DNA of 9,713 bases, taken from positions 1 through 9,713 of IMG/VR virus record IMGVR_UViG_2737471860_000011, one strand, 5' to 3'. Positions within the stretch are counted from its first letter, which is position 1, and the number at the start of each line of letters is the position of its first letter. Made by a program: the position numbers and the translations under genes. This DNA comes from a virus (Duplodnaviria > Heunggongvirae > Uroviricota > Caudoviricetes). Positions 6,608 to 9,713 of this stretch are shown in pieces. Below the pieces are notes generated by a model. The model was not told where the DNA came from. It saw nothing but the letters and a program-made list of their open reading frames with translations, and searched no databases.

Positions 6608-6928
6608 TTATCCCCGATTTGAATCAGTATTCGCTTTCTTTATGGCATTTAACGCATCTGTGGCATTTTCAATGGTGCACCGTAACGAAATATCAAACTG
6701 CCCAAGCATTGTCAGTAACAAACCGATATTCCCCATGTCAATGCGCATAGCCTTTTCGTCATATTCCTTATTTTCTGACGCATACCACATCAGGCTACCA
6801 ATTGACGCAACAGCCATTGATATATTGTCAGTAGCCGCATCCGCAGCAGAATAAACCTTTTTAGCAATATCATGCTCACAGTTAAAATGCGGATTAATCA
6901 GGTACTGGTAATTTGACATATCAGGCAT
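6608..6928 (-). CDS. Hypothetical protein (106 aa)
   Basis: ATG at 6928 with GGGGG Shine-Dalgarno; 6-nt gap to the next gene. Low-GC like its neighbour. No family recognised. Confidence 0.55.
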   Translation of the reverse strand: MPDMSNYQYLINPHFNCEHDIAKKVYSAADAATDNISMAVASIGSLMWYASENKEYDEKAMRIDMGNIGLLLTMLGQFDISLRCTIENATDALNAIKKANTDSNRG

Positions 6929-7124
6929 GGCACACCCCCTGACGAATACGGGCAGCGAATACCATCACGCAGCCAGCCGGGGATTGCTGGCGTGCTTCCT
7001 GTTCGCTGCTGGCCTCAATGGTAATCACGCGCGGTTGTGCCGTACTCAGGGCGATAAAACGCCAGATGTATTTATTCAGGTTGTGCGAGTCCAGCCCTTG
7101 CGGGTGTGTGGTATGATTTCTCAT
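6921..7124 (-). CDS. Hypothetical small protein (67 aa), first gene of the replication operon
   Basis: ATG at 7124 with GAGGT Shine-Dalgarno 5 nt upstream; 8-nt overlap with the next gene start. The track ORF 6921..7862 (313 aa) is rejected as one CDS; only the 3' 68 codons have a ribosome-binding site and sit downstream of the promoter. Confidence 0.4.
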   Translation of the reverse strand: MRNHTTHPQGLDSHNLNKYIWRFIALSTAQPRVITIEASSEQEARQQSPAGCVMVFAARIRQGVCHA

Positions 7125-7222
7125 AGCTACCTCGATACTCTTGCTATCGTTGGTGGTTAGACGCCCTGCATGTGTTGCGAGCACTGCGGGGCGTTGCTTA
7201 ATTTGAGTGACAAAACTCAAAC

Positions 7223-7302
7223 TGTGCGCACAGATTAAAATCATGTGTGCGCACATGTCAATACTTAACATCTCATTTTTTTTGCTGTATTGTGTGCGCC
7301 CA
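7223..7302. promoter_or_regulatory. Divergent promoter region with three operator palindromes (TGTGCGCACA)
   Basis: Perfect 10-bp palindrome at 7223-7232 and 7246-7255; one-mismatch copy TGTGCGCCCA at 7293-7302. Minus-strand promoter: -35 TTGACA (7261-7256), 16-bp spacer containing O2, -10 TTTAAT (7239-7234), with O1 at about +1. Plus-strand promoter: -35 TTAACA (7265-7270), 17 bp, -10 TATTGT (7288-7293), with O3 over -10/+1. Confidence 0.6.
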
Positions 7303-7329
7303 TAAAGTCCATTTAAGTGAGGTGCATCA

Positions 7330-7527
7330 ATGTCTAGCGGTAACACAAACAACAAATCAGCAAAGAAAAATATTCGATTCCCACATGAGCTTATAGATGG
7401 GATTGATGCCAGCGTTGAACAAGAAAAATTAACTAATCCTAGTGCTAATTTTTCCGCATGGGTCTTAGATGCCTGTGGACGCAAATTAAAATATGAACAG
7501 CGCCGGAAGGCCAAAGAATCAGAATAA
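7330..7527 (+). CDS. Arc/Mnt-like ribbon-helix-helix transcriptional regulator (65 aa), candidate repressor of the replication operon
   Basis: NIRFPHELIDGIDASVEQE...NFSAWVLDACGRKL parallels P22 Arc NLRWPREVLDLVRKVAEENGRSVNSEIYQRVMESF (beta-strand then two helices). GAGGTG Shine-Dalgarno 6 nt before ATG; divergent from the operon across the operator palindromes. Confidence 0.65.
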   Translation: MSSGNTNNKSAKKNIRFPHELIDGIDASVEQEKLTNPSANFSAWVLDACGRKLKYEQRRKAKESE

Positions 7528-7584
7528 TCACTATCAGCGCCGTGGTGTGAGTAACTACGGCGCATTGCTATGCAGGACAACACA

Positions 7585-7758
7585 ATGACCGATAAAGAAT
7601 TGACCAAAACATTATCACCGGCACGGAAAAGACGGCGCAGAAAGATAGAGCATGAATCAGAAAGATTCGCACCTTGTTCGTTTGCTCTTGAGAAATTCCT
7701 TAAAGAGCACAGGAAAAAGCTCTCGTTGCAAACCTTGGGACGAACCAAATCTGACTGA
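7585..7758 (+). CDS. Hypothetical small arginine-rich protein (57 aa from ATG 7585; track ORF starts at 7570)
   Basis: AGGA about 8 nt before ATG 7585; contains ARKRRRRK. Sits between the RHH gene and a plus-strand terminator. Weak support overall. Confidence 0.3.
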   Translation: MTDKELTKTLSPARKRRRRKIEHESERFAPCSFALEKFLKEHRKKLSLQTLGRTKSD

Positions 7759-7825
7759 TCACATTGCCCACCAGCCGCAAATGTGGCATTGTTGGTGATG
7801 CGTTCAAGTTTAGTGTGTATCCATT

Positions 7826-7851
7826 GGCGACCGCCCCCGGTCGCCTTTGTT
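7826..7851 (+). terminator. Rho-independent terminator of the plus-strand regulatory transcript
   Basis: GGCGACC gccccc GGTCGCC hairpin followed by TTTGTTATATAT on the plus strand; no U-tract on the minus strand. Confidence 0.6.
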
Positions 7852-7872
7852 ATATATGTCATATGCTCCCCT

Positions 7873-8082
7873 TTACGCTGCCTTACCTGAATTAATGCGA
7901 TCCCGGCTTTTAACCCATTCCATAACCTCGGACAGCAGCCAACCTACAGAACGCCCACCAAGATTACGGCGAGACGGAAAGCTCCCTTTTTTCTCCAGTT
8001 CGTAGCGTGTAGTGCGACACACTCCAGTTAACTTACGACATTCATCCTCACGGATTACGCGATCTTCATTTATTTCACGCAT
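7873..8082 (-). CDS. alpA: AlpA / P4 Vis-family transcriptional regulator (69 aa; track ORF extends to a GTG at 8169)
   Basis: ECRKLTGVCRTTRYELEKKGSFPSRRNLGGRSVGWLLSEVMEWV matches the AlpA pattern (HTH, then KxGxFP...LGGRSV.W...E...W). ATG at 8082 with AGGT Shine-Dalgarno; adjacent to and co-directional with the integrase. Confidence 0.8.
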   Translation of the reverse strand: MREINEDRVIREDECRKLTGVCRTTRYELEKKGSFPSRRNLGGRSVGWLLSEVMEWVKSRDRINSGKAA

Positions 8083-8474
8083 ACAAAAACCTACATAAAA
8101 ATTACGTATATAAACTTTTCTCTTAGCTGTAGATATATGAGATCGGATATTACTTAGATTCTTTTTCACCTCTTAAATTAAAAACACAACCATGCTAAAG
8201 GCTTTGTTCGCTAAGGTTCGTAGAAGCTCGTTAGTGTTTAAAATCGTGTCACGAGTTTTTAAGCGACGCAACAAAAAAATGTCTTCATTTTGCATGACAC
8301 TTGAATTATCTCATTAAAAACAAATAGATAAACCATCAAGTGTTGGAACAATCAAGAAACAGAGAATAAAAACCCAGAAGACGACATTCCAATTAAGATA
8401 TTTGCAGATATTTTCCGATATTCTACGATTTATTCACGGCTGTAATCTCTTAAAGAAAAAACAGCCGTAATTTG

Positions 8475-9713
8475 TCAATAATTTTGGGTGTAAATTCGCG
8501 GGGTCATAACAACGATTTTTTCATCATTGTTCTGGAGAAGCTCGAGACGGTCTACCCATAGATTAAGAGCGTCACGCTTTGCATCGAGATAACGGGAGTG
8601 GTTATAGACGCGTTGCATTCCTGGCATCTGGTGGGCAGTAAGCTGTTCGACAATATGCGGATCCACGCCTAAATCGTTCAGCATGGTTGTAAATGTGTGC
8701 CGGATGTCGTGCAACGACCAGGGGGCTTGATTAATGCGTCTGTGTGCCGTTCTTCCGTACTCTGCTACGGATGATTGCCCTTTCAGTTCTCCAAGCAATA
8801 AGCCCGTGTGCCTGTTCTGCTCCACCAGCTTCATGACGAACGGCAAGATCGCTTCCGGTATTGGCCTGAATATTGCTACCTTCGTTTTGCTGTGTTCTTT
8901 CGGCACAGTCCAGAGCATTTCTTTAAAATCCCATTCCCGAACCTCGGAGCGTCTTAGCTCAGTGGTACGGCATCCGAAGACAATCAGAAGGCGAATTAAA
9001 GCGCTGTAGTACGGCGGGAAAATTTTTTCATCCAGTGCGCGGAGTAGCTCGCCAAGCTCCTTGTTTGTTAGCACTCGCTCGCTTATTTCTGCTTTTTTTC
9101 CCACATCACCTACGACCATATCATCAAGAACGTTACTGACGGCGTAGCGACGTTTACGGCAGTACTTAAGCGCCTGTTTGCATACCTGCAACAAAAAGCC
9201 GGCTGATACCGGATTACGCTTAGCAAGCTGGTCAAAACAGGCCAGCCAGTGGCGTAGCTCGCATTTATCCAGCGGCATAGCACCAATCTGGCTGATTATG
9301 TGCTTATTGATACGGCTTTTCAGTGATTCGTGGTCAGTGCGCTTTTCCTTCGCATACGACTCAAGCCAGTAAGTGAGCGCGTCCTTAACCGTCACGGGGG
9401 CTAACGCTTCCTGCACTGTGTGATTAAGCTCATGGCGTGGATTTTTCCCCTCCGCCAGCCAGGCGCGACACTGTGCCGCTTTTTCCCTGGCTGCTTTCAG
9501 GCTCAGATCGGGATAGTTGCCCAGTCTCAGGCGTTCCGGTGATACCTGCCTGCCAGTTCCGGCCCTGTAAGTGAAATACCAGGTTAACAGGCCGCTAGTG
9601 GAATGTCTTACGCTAAGATTGCCACCGTCATTAAAAAAGGCGTTTTTTGTGGTTGGTGATCCGCTTAATTTTCGTAAAAGAGTGTCGCTAAGTCTATGAA
9701 TTGCGCTGCTCAT
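8475..9713 (-). CDS. int: Site-specific tyrosine recombinase, P4-type integrase (412 aa; start codon is the last 3 nt of the window, possibly 5'-incomplete)
   Basis: N-terminal LSDT...DGGNLSV...YFTYR...LGNYPDLSLKAAR parallels the CP4-57 IntA N-domain. C-terminal catalytic signature HDIRHTF (H-x-x-R) and VYNHSRY (tyrosine nucleophile). Confidence 0.9.
   Translation of the reverse strand: MSSAIHRLSDTLLRKLSGSPTTKNAFFNDGGNLSVRHSTSGLLTWYFTYRAGTGRQVSPERLRLGNYPDLSLKAAREKAAQCRAWLAEGKNPRHELNHTVQEALAPVTVKDALTYWLESYAKEKRTDHESLKSRINKHIISQIGAMPLDKCELRHWLACFDQLAKRNPVSAGFLLQVCKQALKYCRKRRYAVSNVLDDMVVGDVGKKAEISERVLTNKELGELLRALDEKIFPPYYSALIRLLIVFGCRTTELRRSEVREWDFKEMLWTVPKEHSKTKVAIFRPIPEAILPFVMKLVEQNRHTGLLLGELKGQSSVAEYGRTAHRRINQAPWSLHDIRHTFTTMLNDLGVDPHIVEQLTAHQMPGMQRVYNHSRYLDAKRDALNLWVDRLELLQNNDEKIVVMTPRIYTQNY

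Larger units (their letters stand above)
1..9713 (-). mobile_element. Phage satellite / PICI-like chromosomal island segment (integrase-proximal portion; neither end visible in window)
   Basis: Co-linear minus-strand set: P4-type integrase, AlpA, primase-helicase followed by iteron ori, SSB, lambda-like capsid E/D homologs, Nu1-like gene beside lambda-type cos. No tail, lysis or portal genes seen. Modules separated by terminators. Confidence 0.75.

Noticed and set aside
6921-7862. 313-aa minus-strand ORF spanning the divergent promoter region
   Set aside because: It runs antisense through the plus-strand RHH gene and across the operator/promoter region, is low-complexity, and has no ribosome-binding site at its start. 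Only the 3' 68 codons (6921-7124) sit downstream of the mapped promoter with a good Shine-Dalgarno.
3329-8169. Non-ATG start codons implied by track ORF starts (3329 for the capsid-upstream ORF, 6320 for primase, 8169 for AlpA)
   Set aside because: Each has a downstream in-frame ATG with a better-placed Shine-Dalgarno (3296, 6305, 8082). The 3329 start would lie inside the promoter palindrome and the 6320 start inside the preceding gene.
1-9713. Intact lambdoid prophage or P4 proper
   Set aside because: No tail, lysis, portal or large-terminase genes in 9.7 kb despite lambda-like cos, E, D and Nu1 homologs. P4-specific genes (sid, psu, delta, epsilon, CI RNA) were not recognised. Content fits a satellite borrowing lambdoid helper functions.

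Overview
The window reads as the integrase-proximal part of a lambdoid-helper phage satellite (Gram-negative PICI-like or capsid-forming PICI-like island), with almost all genes on the minus strand. From right to left: a P4-family tyrosine integrase (start codon at the window edge), an AlpA/Vis-type regulator, a divergent promoter/operator region with a plus-strand Arc/Mnt-like ribbon-helix-helix gene, then a minus-strand operon of three small unknown genes translationally coupled to a ~707-aa primase-helicase. Immediately 3' of that lies an iteron array (putative ori), followed by an SSB homolog, terminators, and a promoter with a 30-bp perfect palindrome driving a capsid module (lambda gpE-like major capsid, gpD-like decoration protein, two small unknown ORFs). 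At the left is a lambda Nu1-like small-terminase/Rpp-like gene bracketed by two inverted lambda-type cos sites, each carrying the exact lambda cohesive-end 12-mer GGGCGGCGACCT. All homology calls are by eye against remembered reference proteins and motifs; no database search was run. The most unusual signals are the inverted cos pair, the satellite-encoded E/D capsid homologs, the operator-controlled divergent switch, and a low-GC two-gene cassette fused onto the primase operon.
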